A DNA stretch of 64,000 nucleotides from Opitutia bacterium (lineage in GTDB: Bacteria > Verrucomicrobiota > Verrucomicrobiia > Opitutales > T3Sed10-336), in the NCBI GenBank assembly GCA_050506795.1, contig JBJHCF010000007.1, positions 75,928-139,927 on the forward strand, read 5' to 3'. Under the pieces are notes generated by a model, which did no database searches, was not told the DNA's origin, and was given only the letters and a program-made list of their open reading frames with translations. Positions 38,729-49,582 of the stretch are shown here, piece after piece (within the stretch, counting starts at the first letter, position 1; the number at the start of each line of letters is the position of its first letter). The translations under genes were made by a program, and so were the position numbers.

Positions 38729-39736
38729 ATGTCTGAATTCGACGACGACAAGATCGAAAAACACCCGTCTCTTCACTGGGACAAGTTGCGCGCGAGCTTC
38801 CAGAGTTCGATGCTGGTCGACACTCGCCTTTCCAGCCTGGCGGAAAGTCTGGACACGGAAAACTGGCCGATCAAAGGCAAAGAGGAAACCCCCGCGAAGT
38901 ACGTTGATCTTACCTTCGACGAACTGCGGGAAACTCCTGAAATGCAGGCCAACCCCGAGCGGATACGGCTATTGATGGACATTCTGGAGGGCACTCTGGC
39001 GTTCGACGATCCTTTCGGGGAAATGGTCCAGGCCGAGGAAGCCAACGCCTCCGGCGACAACGAAGTGCTGAAAAACCTCGGCCGCCTGCAAATCGCTCCC
39101 GAGTTTCCCCTGGCGCTGATTAATCTCTCCCCGGAATCAAAATCACTCTGCGCCAATCAGAAACTGAATACGCTGGAGGAATTCGCTGCGTTTTCGCAGA
39201 ACATGGCGCAACACATTGTGCTGGCGGGTGATTTTCGCCGTCTGCTCAACGCGCTGATCCATGTCGACGAAAAAACGATCGCCGGTTACCTTCCCTTCCG
39301 GCCGGGAAACAAGGGCCTGCACTTGCCGGAAGCGATCGCCCTGCTGATCGATCCGCTTTCCACGGAAGAGCGCCTGGGCTTATACCGCCGTTACGGTGGC
39401 CAATTGGGAATCGAGGAACAGGGCCTGGCCGAAAAGGCCGGACGCCAACGCCTGAACGACGTCGAAGCCGACCTGCGCGAGCAATTGCAGCCGGTTTTTG
39501 CCTGGTTTACCCAGGAACGGGACGATCTGCGTTCCGCCCTGGATTACGGTCAGCCCATCGACCGGTTTTTCGTCCCGATCAACGACCCGGTGAAGGAAAC
39601 CATCGCGGTCCGCCTGGTTTCCGACACCCTGAAACGCGCGCCCGCACGCGGCGGCCTTTCCTCCGTTGAAACCGCCACCTCCACCCCGCGTCCCGGGGGC
39701 CTCGGCGCCCTGTGGAGAAAATTGCGCGGCAAGTAG
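38729..39736 (+). CDS. Hypothetical protein, possibly with an RNAP alpha-CTD-like segment
   Basis: 335-aa ORF, 21 bp after parA, genome-typical codon usage. Confidence 0.75.
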   Translation: MSEFDDDKIEKHPSLHWDKLRASFQSSMLVDTRLSSLAESLDTENWPIKGKEETPAKYVDLTFDELRETPEMQANPERIRLLMDILEGTLAFDDPFGEMVQAEEANASGDNEVLKNLGRLQIAPEFPLALINLSPESKSLCANQKLNTLEEFAAFSQNMAQHIVLAGDFRRLLNALIHVDEKTIAGYLPFRPGNKGLHLPEAIALLIDPLSTEERLGLYRRYGGQLGIEEQGLAEKAGRQRLNDVEADLREQLQPVFAWFTQERDDLRSALDYGQPIDRFFVPINDPVKETIAVRLVSDTLKRAPARGGLSSVETATSTPRPGGLGALWRKLRGK

Positions 39737-39796
39737 CGACCGGATTATTCCCGGCCGTACACCTTTCATTCACACTGATTATTGGCTGAAATCCTG

Positions 39797-40417
39797 ATGG
39801 TGCCCATTGAGCAGAGACCGCTTCCACCGCTCCGACGAAGGCTCAGTCTGACCGGTTTGTCGGACTACTCGCGCGAACTCTCGACCGAATCACAAAGGTC
39901 GGTGGAACTGATTCGCTCGCTCACCCGTTCCCCCTGGGAAGAAGCACGGGCCCTGAGCAAACGCGAGCTCGAAGCCCTCGACGCCTCGTTGCGGGAACTG
40001 GAAGCGACCCTTAACGAACGCGAAGAAGCCTTGCGGGCCTCCGAATCCAAGCTGCAGGAAAAGGAACGTGACCTTTGGGAAACCGAAGCACTGCTGAAGG
40101 CCCGCGAAGCAATCCTCAAAACCACACAGCACAACACGGCGCAACCGCCTCCGGGCGAACCCTCGAGCGAAGCCAGAAAGGCGCTGGAGACCTGGAAACA
40201 GGAACTGGAAAAGCAGGAGCGTTCCCTGCATGAAGCCCGGTCCGCCCTCCGGGAACGCGAAGAATTTCTCGACTCAAGCGAAAATACTCTCTTCGAGAAA
40301 TTTCAGGAACAGCAGGAGCAGGAAACCATTATCGAACAGCGCCAGGAGGAACTCGATGCCCGGGAGAAGGCAATCGAACGCCGCGAAAAGGAGCTCGAAT
40401 CGAAACAAGGAGAATAA
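39797..40417 (+). CDS. Coiled-coil hypothetical protein (start uncertain)
   Basis: E/R/Q/L-rich heptads; same strand as the parA cluster. Confidence 0.7.
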   Translation: MVPIEQRPLPPLRRRLSLTGLSDYSRELSTESQRSVELIRSLTRSPWEEARALSKRELEALDASLRELEATLNEREEALRASESKLQEKERDLWETEALLKAREAILKTTQHNTAQPPPGEPSSEARKALETWKQELEKQERSLHEARSALREREEFLDSSENTLFEKFQEQQEQETIIEQRQEELDAREKAIERREKELESKQGE

Positions 40418-40463
40418 CCCCCTCCCCCACGCCCCTCTCACCTCGCCCCACGCACCACCCCCG

Positions 40464-41144
40464 TCACCTCTTAACCTTCTCATACTCGGGCGGCTTGATG
40501 ACCCAAGGGCCGGGGTTCGCCGCCGGGCGGGTCAGGGTTCCCTGGAAAAACCAGGGCGCGGCGGCGGAAAGATCGTAATCGAGGGGCCGGGTTTCCACCG
40601 GCGCCGGCCGCAACGGACCGGCCTCCTCCGGGCGCCACAAAGGGATTTCACAAGCGGCGAGTTCCTCCTCGCTCAACCGGCGCGGGGCTTGAATTTCACC
40701 GCCGGAGGTGACCTCCACAAAATTCCAATGCCCGCGCCGGGCGTCGGAACAAAGGGCGAACGGCGGCGTCTCGCCTGCATCCAGAAGCCGATGAGCCAGC
40801 AGGTCGAGGTTGCGGTACACCCGGCAGGGCAAATCCTCCCCTCCCGGCCGGCGCCGCCAGGTACGCAGGGCCATGGCCGCGATGCGTGATCCGAGGATCG
40901 AGCCCGGCCCCTCGCAGTAGAAAAACCCGCTCAGCGCGTCAAGCCGGACGCCCGAACGGCGCAAAGCGGTTTCGACCGCCGGAAACAAGGTCTCCGCCGC
41001 GGGTCCGTCACGGCGCTCCAAAGCCAGCCAGGCGTCGCGGCACAGGACTCCCGCGTACACCGACGGCAGGGCGGCGTCGAGCAGGAGCCACGCCGGTTCC
41101 CCGGCTCTCCATTTCGAATCGGTAACTTGTTCGATCTCGTCCAT
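40464..41144 (-). CDS. tsaB: tRNA threonylcarbamoyladenosine biosynthesis protein TsaB-like
   Basis: LLLDAA, EGPGSILGSRI, SDARRG. Confidence 0.75.
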   Translation of the reverse strand: MDEIEQVTDSKWRAGEPAWLLLDAALPSVYAGVLCRDAWLALERRDGPAAETLFPAVETALRRSGVRLDALSGFFYCEGPGSILGSRIAAMALRTWRRRPGGEDLPCRVYRNLDLLAHRLLDAGETPPFALCSDARRGHWNFVEVTSGGEIQAPRRLSEEELAACEIPLWRPEEAGPLRPAPVETRPLDYDLSAAAPWFFQGTLTRPAANPGPWVIKPPEYEKVKR

Positions 41145-41302
41145 TTATCTCAGATCTGAAATTGTCGATTTGGAACGTCCTTTCATCGGGCTTACAGCCG
41201 GCAGATGAAAAGGCCGCGCCCTCCCGGAGCCTCCCGGGATTATGTCATTGACCGCCCCGCCTTCCCTCATTTGTGATGGACCGTTTAACCAAACACGGAA
41301 CT

Positions 41303-42613
41303 GTGAATATTAAAACCGACGACATCAACGCGACAAGAAAAGCGCTCGTGGTCACCGTCAGCGCCGACGAAATCGAAAAAGAGCACGACACCATTCTCGG
41401 TGATTTCGCCAAGGAAGCCCGCCTGCCGGGATTCCGTCCCGGACGCGCCCCCAAACCGATGGTCGCCAAACGCTTCGCCCGGGAAATCGGGGAGGAGTTG
41501 AAAAAGCGGGTCGTCTCCAACGCCTACCGCCAGGCGGTGAAAGAATCCGGAGTGGAAGTCTTTCAGCCGGTCGACCTCAAAGGCGATGAAATCGAGCGCG
41601 GACGCGACAACGAACTCAATTTTGTGGTCGATATCAACCCGGAGTTCAATCTTCCGGAATACAAAGGCATTCCGCTGGCCAAGACCGAAACCGAGGTCAA
41701 GGACGATGAGGTGGAGCGCACTATCGACACCCTGCGCCAACAGCGGGCGGATTATACCGTGGTGGAACGCGAAGCGCAAAAGGGCGACTACGTCAAACTG
41801 TCCTACGAAGGCAAACTCGACGGCCGGCCCATCGCGGAGATCGTCGAAGATCGCCCCATTTTCGGAACCCAGACCGGCACCTGGGAGGAAGTCGGTTCCG
41901 AAGACGCCGGCATTCCCGGTTTCGCCGACCAACTCGCGGGATTGAAAGCCGGAGACAAGAATGAGATCGAGGTCAGCTTTCCGGCCGATTTCGCACATGA
42001 GGCGCTGGCGGGGAAGGACGCGGTTTATTCGGTGGAAATGCTCGAAGTCCGGGAGAAGAAACTGCCCGAAATCGATGACGAGTTTCTCAAGGGACTGAAC
42101 GTCGATAATCTCGATCAACTCAAAGAGCAGATCGTAAAGGAGCTGGAGAGCCGCAAGGAAATGGACGGCCGGGCCCGGCAACGGCAGCAACTGGGCGACA
42201 CGCTGTTGGAGCGCATTGAATTCGCCGTTCCCGAAAGCGCGATCGAGATGGAAACCGACGGGCTTTTCCGGCAAATCATCGAACGCAACATACGCCAGGG
42301 AGTATCCGAAGAGGAACTGGAAAAACACAAGGAGCAGATTTTCGAAGAAGCCCGTAAATCGGCGGTAAAACGGATCAAACTGCGGATGATTCTGATGAAA
42401 ATCGCCGAAGCCGAAAACATCAAACTGGAAAACGAGGACGTTCAGCGCCACCTCATGCAGGAAGCCATGCAACGGGGTACGCGACCCGACGATCTGGTGA
42501 AACAAATGCGCAAGGACGAGCACCTGGTCCAGGCCATGCGACAAAACATCCTTTTCGACAAGACACTTGATTTCCTCCTGGGGGAGGCTAACATTTCAGA
42601 GAGCGAAACATGA
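41303..42613 (+). CDS. tig: Trigger factor (GTG start assumed)
   Basis: [10 protein letters not shown] ribosome-binding motif, FKBP domain; precedes clpP. Confidence 0.94.
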   Translation: MNIKTDDINATRKALVVTVSADEIEKEHDTILGDFAKEARLPGFRPGRAPKPMVAKRFAREIGEELKKRVVSNAYRQAVKESGVEVFQPVDLKGDEIERGRDNELNFVVDINPEFNLPEYKGIPLAKTETEVKDDEVERTIDTLRQQRADYTVVEREAQKGDYVKLSYEGKLDGRPIAEIVEDRPIFGTQTGTWEEVGSEDAGIPGFADQLAGLKAGDKNEIEVSFPADFAHEALAGKDAVYSVEMLEVREKKLPEIDDEFLKGLNVDNLDQLKEQIVKELESRKEMDGRARQRQQLGDTLLERIEFAVPESAIEMETDGLFRQIIERNIRQGVSEEELEKHKEQIFEEARKSAVKRIKLRMILMKIAEAENIKLENEDVQRHLMQEAMQRGTRPDDLVKQMRKDEHLVQAMRQNILFDKTLDFLLGEANISESET

Positions 42614-43254
42614 AGCAAAGAGAAGCAGATCCTGTCGGCAGCAGCTATTACGTTCCGGTAATTACCGAGAACACCGCCCGCGGCGAACGGAGCATGGATA
42701 TTTACAGCCGGCTCCTCAAAGACCGTATCGTTTTTATCAGTACGCCGATCGACGACGGTGTGGCCAATGTCGTCATCGCCCAGCTGCTCTTTCTGCAGAT
42801 GGAGGACGCGAAAAAGGACATCAACCTCTACATCAACTCTCCCGGAGGCGTGGTCACCGGCGGGATGGCCATTTACGATACCATCAATTTCATGCACTGC
42901 GACGTGGTCACCTACTGCATCGGCCAGGCCGCCAGCATGGCCACCCTGCTCCTCGCCGCCGGCACCAAGGGCAAACGATTCGCGTTGCCCAACAGCCGGG
43001 TCATGATCCACCAGCCCTCCGGCTACGCCACCGGCCAAACGGCCGACATCGCCATCCAGGCCCGCGAGGTCATCCGGTGGAAACGCACCTTGAACGAAGT
43101 GCTTTCGCGTCACACCGGCAAATCGGTGGAACAGATCGAAAAAGATTCCGACCGCGATTATTTCATGACTGCCGAGGAAGCAAAGGATTACGGGATCGTG
43201 GATAACGTTGTGGCGGACAAGAACGAGGCCCAGGAATTGAAAGCCGCCGTTTAA
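42610..43254 (+). CDS. clpP: ATP-dependent Clp protease proteolytic subunit
   Basis: [30 protein letters not shown]. Confidence 0.97.
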   Translation: MKQREADPVGSSYYVPVITENTARGERSMDIYSRLLKDRIVFISTPIDDGVANVVIAQLLFLQMEDAKKDINLYINSPGGVVTGGMAIYDTINFMHCDVVTYCIGQAASMATLLLAAGTKGKRFALPNSRVMIHQPSGYATGQTADIAIQAREVIRWKRTLNEVLSRHTGKSVEQIEKDSDRDYFMTAEEAKDYGIVDNVVADKNEAQELKAAV

Positions 43255-43267
43255 ACCCGCGCCGATT

Positions 43268-44560
43268 ATGGCTAAATCATCCAAACTGACGCTCTGCTCC
43301 TTTTGCGGCAAATCGCAGAATGAAGTGAAGAAACTGATCGCCGGACCGGCGGTTTACATCTGCGACTCCTGCGTCTCGGTGTGTAAAACCATAATCGATC
43401 GCGAAACCCAGCCACGCGCGGAAACCCAGAGCCAGACGCCTTTCAAGCTGCTGAAGCCCCTGGAAATAAAAGAGGTGCTGGATGATTTCATCATCGGGCA
43501 GGAACAGGCCAAAAAGGTGCTGTCGGTCGCGGTCTACAACCACTACAAACGCCTGGCCTTCGTCGACCGGTCGGGCTCGAAAAGCGGCTCCGCCCTTTCG
43601 GCGGAGTTCTCCGACGTGGAAGTGGAAAAAAGCAATATTCTTCTGATCGGCCCCACCGGCTCAGGGAAGACGCTGCTCGCCCGGACCCTGGCCAACACCC
43701 TCGATGTGCCCTTCGCCATCGCCGACGCCACCACCCTGACCGAATCCGGCTACGTCGGAGAGGATGTGGAAAACATCGTCCTGCGCCTCCTCCAGGCGGC
43801 GAACTTCGATGTAAAAAAGGCGGAATCCGGCATCATCTATGTCGATGAAATCGACAAGATCGGCCGCAAAACCGACAACGTTTCCATCACTCGCGACGTC
43901 TCCGGAGAAGGGGTGCAACAGGCGCTGCTCAAAATCCTGGAAGGCACCACCTGCAACGTCCCGCCTCAGGGGGGCCGGAAACACCCGAACCAGGAATACA
44001 TCCAGGTCGACACCTCCAACATTCTCTTTATCTGCGGCGGCGCCTTTGTGGGACTCGACGACATCATACGGCGCCGCGACGGCGCCCGAGTCCTCGGCTA
44101 CGGTTCCAAACCCACCGGCGGTGACGGTCTCCATGGTGAATTGATCATGAAAAAGATCGCTCCCGAAGACCTGGTGCGGTTTGGCATGATCCCGGAGTTC
44201 ATCGGACGCCTTCCGGTGATTTCCGTCCTGGACGAACTCTCTCTGGGCGATCTGGAAAAAATTCTCCGACAGACGAAAAACTCGCTGGTCAAACAGTACG
44301 GCAAACTATTCGCCATGGACGGCGTTTCCCTGCGCATCACCCGCGACGCCATCCAGGCCATCGCCCAGAAGGCCAAAGAACTCAAAACCGGCGCCCGGGC
44401 TCTGCGCTCAATCATGGAAAAGCTCATGCTGGAAAGCATGTACGAACTCCCGCATCGGAACGATATCTCCGAGATCATCATCGATCGTTCAGTGGTTGAG
44501 GGCAAACGAAAGCCCCGGCTCAAAAAAGGCTCCAAGTCCGGCAAGAAAAACGCCGCCTGA
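43268..44560 (+). CDS. clpX: Clp protease ATP-binding subunit
   Basis: CSFCGK zinc finger, [20 protein letters not shown]. Confidence 0.97.
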   Translation: MAKSSKLTLCSFCGKSQNEVKKLIAGPAVYICDSCVSVCKTIIDRETQPRAETQSQTPFKLLKPLEIKEVLDDFIIGQEQAKKVLSVAVYNHYKRLAFVDRSGSKSGSALSAEFSDVEVEKSNILLIGPTGSGKTLLARTLANTLDVPFAIADATTLTESGYVGEDVENIVLRLLQAANFDVKKAESGIIYVDEIDKIGRKTDNVSITRDVSGEGVQQALLKILEGTTCNVPPQGGRKHPNQEYIQVDTSNILFICGGAFVGLDDIIRRRDGARVLGYGSKPTGGDGLHGELIMKKIAPEDLVRFGMIPEFIGRLPVISVLDELSLGDLEKILRQTKNSLVKQYGKLFAMDGVSLRITRDAIQAIAQKAKELKTGARALRSIMEKLMLESMYELPHRNDISEIIIDRSVVEGKRKPRLKKGSKSGKKNAA

Positions 44561-44573
44561 CCGGCTCAATACC

Positions 44574-44939
44574 GTGACCTACTGGGGCTACCACCTGATT
44601 TTTACCATTCCTCTCCTGGTGGCCCTTGCCTGCCTGGTCCTGCGCCGGTATCGACTGCGGCTCGGTCACGTGGCCAGTACTCTGGTCATGCTGACCATTG
44701 TCATGCTTTTCACCACTCCCTGGGACAACTACGCCGCTTATCTCGGCATCTGGGGATTCGGAGAAAACGTCTCACTGGGGTACCCCTTTCGTCACCTGGC
44801 GGAAACCACCCCCTTTCTCGGACACATCCCGTTCGAGGAATACGCCTTCTTCATCCTGCAAAGCCTGCTGGCCATTTTGATCACGATACTCTTCCTGCCC
44901 AATCCGCAAGCCAAAGGAACGCCAGTCCGAAACGATTAA
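44574..44939 (+). CDS. Lycopene cyclase domain membrane protein (single domain)
   Basis: FTTPWDNY..GIW.F and IPFEEYAFF motifs; GTG start. Confidence 0.8.
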   Translation: MTYWGYHLIFTIPLLVALACLVLRRYRLRLGHVASTLVMLTIVMLFTTPWDNYAAYLGIWGFGENVSLGYPFRHLAETTPFLGHIPFEEYAFFILQSLLAILITILFLPNPQAKGTPVRND

Positions 44940-45220
44940 CCCTCGCCGGTTCCCGCCTGCCGGGACGATCCGATTTACGCACGCGAAATTCCGCCACCCC
45001 TGACGCTGCGCACGCTCCGGTCCTGAAGCCGCCCGCCATTTCGTTGTTAGCCCTGCTTTTTCGCTTGCCCTCGCCGCTCCGGAGTGAGTGACTGGACCTT
45101 GCGTTAGAAACCCGACCACAAATGGTCGCGTTTCCATGATACTCCGGCCGGGCCGGAGTTCAACGGTGGCACCGGCACGATCGCTGGAGCCACAGGACTC
45201 AGACGAGATCCTCAAAAATC

Positions 45221-45499
45221 ATGAAATCGAAAACACTGATGGCAGAGAATAAGAACGAGATAATCAAGGAATACCAGATCAACGAAAAAGACACCGGGTC
45301 CAGCGAAGTGCAAGTCGCCATCCTGACCTCCCGGATCGTCTCCCTGACCGAGCACCTGCGGACTCACCGCAAAGACTACCACTCCCGACGCGGTCTGATC
45401 GCCATGACCAGCCGGCGACGCAAGCTGCTCGACTACATGAAAAGAAAAGACCTGAATCGTTATAACGAACTGATTCAGCGTCTGAAGATTCGCAGATAA
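45221..45499 (+). CDS. rpsO: 30S ribosomal protein S15
   Basis: [31 protein letters not shown]. Confidence 0.97.
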   Translation: MKSKTLMAENKNEIIKEYQINEKDTGSSEVQVAILTSRIVSLTEHLRTHRKDYHSRRGLIAMTSRRRKLLDYMKRKDLNRYNELIQRLKIRR

Positions 45500-45549
45500 C
45501 CCATGCGGGCTTCGTCGGCCCATCATGGATTGCGGTATGCAGCCCTTTC

Positions 45550-45589
45550 AAACCGGAAAGCCCGCTTAGTCCGGCCTTTCCGGTTTTTT
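45550..45589 (+). terminator. Hairpin/terminator between rpsO and pnp
   Basis: AAACCGGAAAG...CTTTCCGGTTT followed by T residues. Confidence 0.6.
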
Positions 45590-45652
45590 CACTTCTTGAG
45601 CGGTTGAGGGCTGTGATGGATAAAATGATAAACACTGGAAGTAACTAGACCT

Positions 45653-47794
45653 ATGAAGCAGAAACACACCACCCTCATCGAAGAAATGGGCATCACGCTA
45701 GGCACCGGCACCATGGCGAAACAAGCCAACGGCTCGGTCACCATCGCCCTGGGAGAAACCACCGTTTTCGTCGCGGCCACCGTCGCCAACTCCCTCCGAC
45801 CGGGCCAGGACTTTTTCCCCCTGACCGTGGACTATCGCGAGAAGTTTGCCGCCGCCGGCCGTTTTCCCGGAGGCTACTTCAAGCGCGAAGGTCGCCCTTC
45901 GGAAAAGGAGATTCTCACCTGCCGCCTGACGGACCGTCCTTTGCGTCCGCTCTTTCCCAAAGGCTTCCTCAATGAGGTCCAGGTCGCCGGCATGCTGCTG
46001 TCCACGGACGGCGAGAACGAGCCCGACATCCTTATGATCAACGGCGCCTCGGCCGCCCTCGCGATTTCCGACATTCCCTGGGACGGCCCCATCGCCGCCC
46101 TTCGTCTGGGTGAGATCAATGGCGAGTTCGTGGTCAATCCCACCATCGAGCAACAGTACGATTCCAATCTCGACCTGATTTACGTCGGCACCGAAAACGA
46201 AATGCTCATGATCGAGGGCAGCGCCGATCAGTTGCCCGAAGAGCGCTTCGTGGAAGCCCTGGAGTACGCCCAGGAGGCCATTCAGCCGATGATCCGCGCC
46301 ATCAAGGACCTGGCCGCCACCGCCGGCCGGCCCAAACGGGAATTCGACCTGGTCGCGGCCAAGCCTGAAGTCCTGGATATCGTTCGTCGCGAGGCTCCGG
46401 CCAAACTGGCGGAAGCCGTCTTTCACGACAACCGCCGGGAACGCGAGCAGGCCGTTTCGGTGGTCATCGAGGAAACCACCGCCACCATCGTCAAGGAGCT
46501 GGGTGAGGACGGTTTCGAAGAGCACGACATCGCCATCGCCTTCGAAGAGATCCAGGAAGAAGTCTATCGCAGCAATATTCTCGAGCACGGCAAAAGAGTC
46601 GACGGACGCGGCCCGCTCGATCTTCGCGCCATCAGTGCCGACGTCGGCCTGCTGCCCCGCGTTCACGGTTCGGCCCTGTTCAATCGCGGAGAAACCCAGG
46701 CCCTCTGCATCACGACCCTGGCCGCGGCGCGCGAGTCACAAAGCCTCGACGCCCTTACCGGCGGCGCGAGCACCAAGTCCTTCATCCTGCACTACAACTT
46801 CCCCCACTATTCGGTTGGTGAGACCGGGCGGATGATGGGTCCGGGTCGACGTGAGATCGGGCACGGCGCCCTGGCCGAGCGCTCTTTGCTCGCGGTTATT
46901 CCGGCGGAAGACATCTTCCCCTACTCCATTCGCATCACTTCCGAGGTCATGGAGTCCAACGGATCGACCTCCATGGCGTCAATCTGCGGCGGCTGCCTGT
47001 CCCTGATGGATGCCGGGGTTCCGATCATCGCCCCGGTCGCCGGCATCTCGGTCGGACTGGTCAGCGCCCGGAACTCCGCGGGCGAGATTGACAACTATAA
47101 GACCCTGACCGACATCCTCGGCGCCGAGGATCATTTCGGCGACATGGATTTCAAACTCGCCGGCACCAGCGAGGGAATCACCGGGTTCCAGCTCGACCTG
47201 AAGATTCGCGGGCTTCCCATGAAAATCGCCCGGGAAGCGGTCTTCCAGGCTCGCGACGCACGCCTTAAGATTCTGAATGCCATGCTGGAAACGCTCCCCG
47301 AGCCGCGCCCGGAAATGAACCTCTACGCGCCTCGCATCACCACCATTCAGATCGATCCGGAAAAGATCGGCGCCCTCATCGGTCCGGGCGGCAAGAACAT
47401 CCGCCGCATCACCGAGTTGTCCGGCGCCACGATCGACATCGCCGACGACAACAGCGGCAAGGTTATGGTTTACAGCAACAACAAAGATGCCATGGACAAA
47501 GCCGTCGCCGAAGTCGAATTGATCTCCGCCGAAATCGTTCCCGACAAGATCTACCGCGGTGTCGTGCGCAGTATCAAGGAATTCGGCTGTTTTGTCGAAG
47601 TCCTTCCCGGCAAGGAAGGCCTGGTTCATATTTCCGAATTGGCCGACTTCCGCGTCAAGAATACCGAAGACGTGGCTAAACTCGGTGACGAAATGTGGGT
47701 CAAATGCATCGGCATCGACGAACGCGGTCGCGTCCGTCTAAGCCGCAAAGCAGCCCTCGCCGAAATGGAAGAGGCCTCGGCATCGGATTCCTGA
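45653..47794 (+). CDS. pnp: Polyribonucleotide nucleotidyltransferase
   Basis: [35 protein letters not shown] and S1 domains. Confidence 0.97.
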   Translation: MKQKHTTLIEEMGITLGTGTMAKQANGSVTIALGETTVFVAATVANSLRPGQDFFPLTVDYREKFAAAGRFPGGYFKREGRPSEKEILTCRLTDRPLRPLFPKGFLNEVQVAGMLLSTDGENEPDILMINGASAALAISDIPWDGPIAALRLGEINGEFVVNPTIEQQYDSNLDLIYVGTENEMLMIEGSADQLPEERFVEALEYAQEAIQPMIRAIKDLAATAGRPKREFDLVAAKPEVLDIVRREAPAKLAEAVFHDNRREREQAVSVVIEETTATIVKELGEDGFEEHDIAIAFEEIQEEVYRSNILEHGKRVDGRGPLDLRAISADVGLLPRVHGSALFNRGETQALCITTLAAARESQSLDALTGGASTKSFILHYNFPHYSVGETGRMMGPGRREIGHGALAERSLLAVIPAEDIFPYSIRITSEVMESNGSTSMASICGGCLSLMDAGVPIIAPVAGISVGLVSARNSAGEIDNYKTLTDILGAEDHFGDMDFKLAGTSEGITGFQLDLKIRGLPMKIAREAVFQARDARLKILNAMLETLPEPRPEMNLYAPRITTIQIDPEKIGALIGPGGKNIRRITELSGATIDIADDNSGKVMVYSNNKDAMDKAVAEVELISAEIVPDKIYRGVVRSIKEFGCFVEVLPGKEGLVHISELADFRVKNTEDVAKLGDEMWVKCIGIDERGRVRLSRKAALAEMEEASASDS

Positions 47795-47829
47795 GCCTAC
47801 GCCAGGACAAACAAGGGCTCCTCACTATT

Positions 47830-47872
47830 CACAAAAAAAGCGGTCGGCGTTTAGCCGACCGCTTTTTTTGTG
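47830..47872. terminator. Bidirectional intrinsic terminator
   Basis: CACAAAAAAAGCGGTCGGC-GTTTA-GCCGACCGCTTTTTTTGTG between convergent genes. Confidence 0.9.
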
Positions 47873-47977
47873 TCACGGGAAAACCGTTCTTCCACAAGCA
47901 TGCCCTTCCCGGCAATGGGAAACGAACGTTGTTCGTGCGCTAACAACTTTTGATAGCACGGCTTACGAACGCCCAAC

Positions 47978-49582
47978 CTACATCCTTCGGTACATGGGGC
48001 CGTCGCCGCCCTCGGGGAGTTTCCAATGGACGTTCTGGTAGGGGCATTTCGCGCGGCAGGTCTGACAATGGAGACAGTTGGTGGGGCTGAGCACCAATTG
48101 ACCATTAACGGCCCGATACACTTCACCGGGACAGAATGCCTCGCAGGGGTACAGACCGAACCGGGCACGGCAGTCGTCACACAGTGAGGTATTCAAGATA
48201 TCGATATGCGAAGGCGCTTCCTCGCGGTGATGGGTCCCGGAGAAAGCGACGTCGGTCAGGCGGTCGACACCCTTCACTTTATCCTCCTTGCCGGCCAAAG
48301 GACGCAACCCATCGTGATCCGCCCGATTGTGAAGGCGCGGAAGCCACCCCTGAACGAGGCTCAAAGGCATACCGAAAAGTGGCCCCGCTTTCGAGAACAC
48401 CTGCCGGTAGTTGCGGGCGGCTGCCAGATCCTTCATTACAAAACTCTTCGCCAGCCGTCGCTCATAGCCCTTCAATTGCTCCGCGGAATACGAACCTTCC
48501 ACCAGGGCATCGAAAATAGCTTCCGCGGCGAGCATTCCGGATTTGATGGCGTAGTGAAGACCTTTAAGCTTGGCGACGTTGGTCAGGCCGGCGTCGTCAC
48601 CGATAATCATCGCACCATTCGCGACCAACTCGGGCACGGCGTAGTACCCGCCTTCCGGAAGGGTTTTCGCACCATACTCAATCACCTTGCCCCCTTTTAA
48701 CCATTTGCGCACCAGGGCGTGTGACTTGAATACCTGTAACTCATGCTGCGGATTGAGGTTCGCGCGGGGCCAATCGAGGCCCAGCACCAGCGCCACCGCG
48801 ACGAGGTTCTCCTCCATGCTGTAAAGCGTGCCACCGCCAAAAGTGCCGACGTTGGGAAAGCCGGTGGTGTGGACCGCCCGGTTGGGTCCGAAGTCATTAC
48901 CTTCGGGCAGACGAATAATCTCCTTCACTCCAAGCGACACCATCGATTGGTTTCTTCCCCGATCGAGCTCGAATCTCCCGATCAACTGCCTCCCCAGCGG
49001 ACCCAGCGATCCCTCGCCCAGCACCGTAATCCCGGCATTGATCGTCTCGCCGGGTGAATGGTTCGATTGCGGCTGCCCACGCTGGTCCAGCCCACGGTCG
49101 ACCAAACGAACGCCCTTTACCCAATCACCCTTTACGATCAACTTTCCCGCCGCGAATCCCGGATAAACTTCCACTCCGACTTCCCCGGCGATTGACGCCA
49201 TCCAACGGGCCATTTCGCTGAGCGAAACCATCAGATTTCCGTCGTGACGCATCGTTTGGGGAACCAGACGATGCGGAATTCGGACGCCGGAATCGCGACT
49301 GTACAAATAATAGAGCTCGTCCCGCTCAACACGGTTGGCCAGAGCATTAACCACAAACCTGTCTCGACGCTCCCGCCAACCGGGAAGCAAGTCGTCCAGA
49401 ACCTCCGCCTCGAAAATCGCCCCGGAGAGACAGTGATGACCGATGCGGCCCCCCTTCTCGATCACCACGACGGACTCCGTTCGGCCCGCCTGATTGAGAA
49501 GCTGCTTGAGCCGGATCGCCCCCGCCAGACTGGCCGGGCCGGCGCCGACAAAAAGCACGTCAACCTGTTCTTCCGTTTTCAT
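47978..49582 (-). CDS. ETF:quinone oxidoreductase with an 8-Cys ferredoxin C-terminus (FixCX-like)
   Basis: VGAGPAS FAD motif, LSGA, PEGGY, GLHYAIKSG; C-x2-C...PC-x3-CP...C-x2-C-x2-C-x3-CP, PEGGDGP. Confidence 0.9.
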   Translation of the reverse strand: MKTEEQVDVLFVGAGPASLAGAIRLKQLLNQAGRTESVVVIEKGGRIGHHCLSGAIFEAEVLDDLLPGWRERRDRFVVNALANRVERDELYYLYSRDSGVRIPHRLVPQTMRHDGNLMVSLSEMARWMASIAGEVGVEVYPGFAAGKLIVKGDWVKGVRLVDRGLDQRGQPQSNHSPGETINAGITVLGEGSLGPLGRQLIGRFELDRGRNQSMVSLGVKEIIRLPEGNDFGPNRAVHTTGFPNVGTFGGGTLYSMEENLVAVALVLGLDWPRANLNPQHELQVFKSHALVRKWLKGGKVIEYGAKTLPEGGYYAVPELVANGAMIIGDDAGLTNVAKLKGLHYAIKSGMLAAEAIFDALVEGSYSAEQLKGYERRLAKSFVMKDLAAARNYRQVFSKAGPLFGMPLSLVQGWLPRLHNRADHDGLRPLAGKEDKVKGVDRLTDVAFSGTHHREEAPSHIDILNTSLCDDCRARFGLYPCEAFCPGEVYRAVNGQLVLSPTNCLHCQTCRAKCPYQNVHWKLPEGGDGPMYRRM

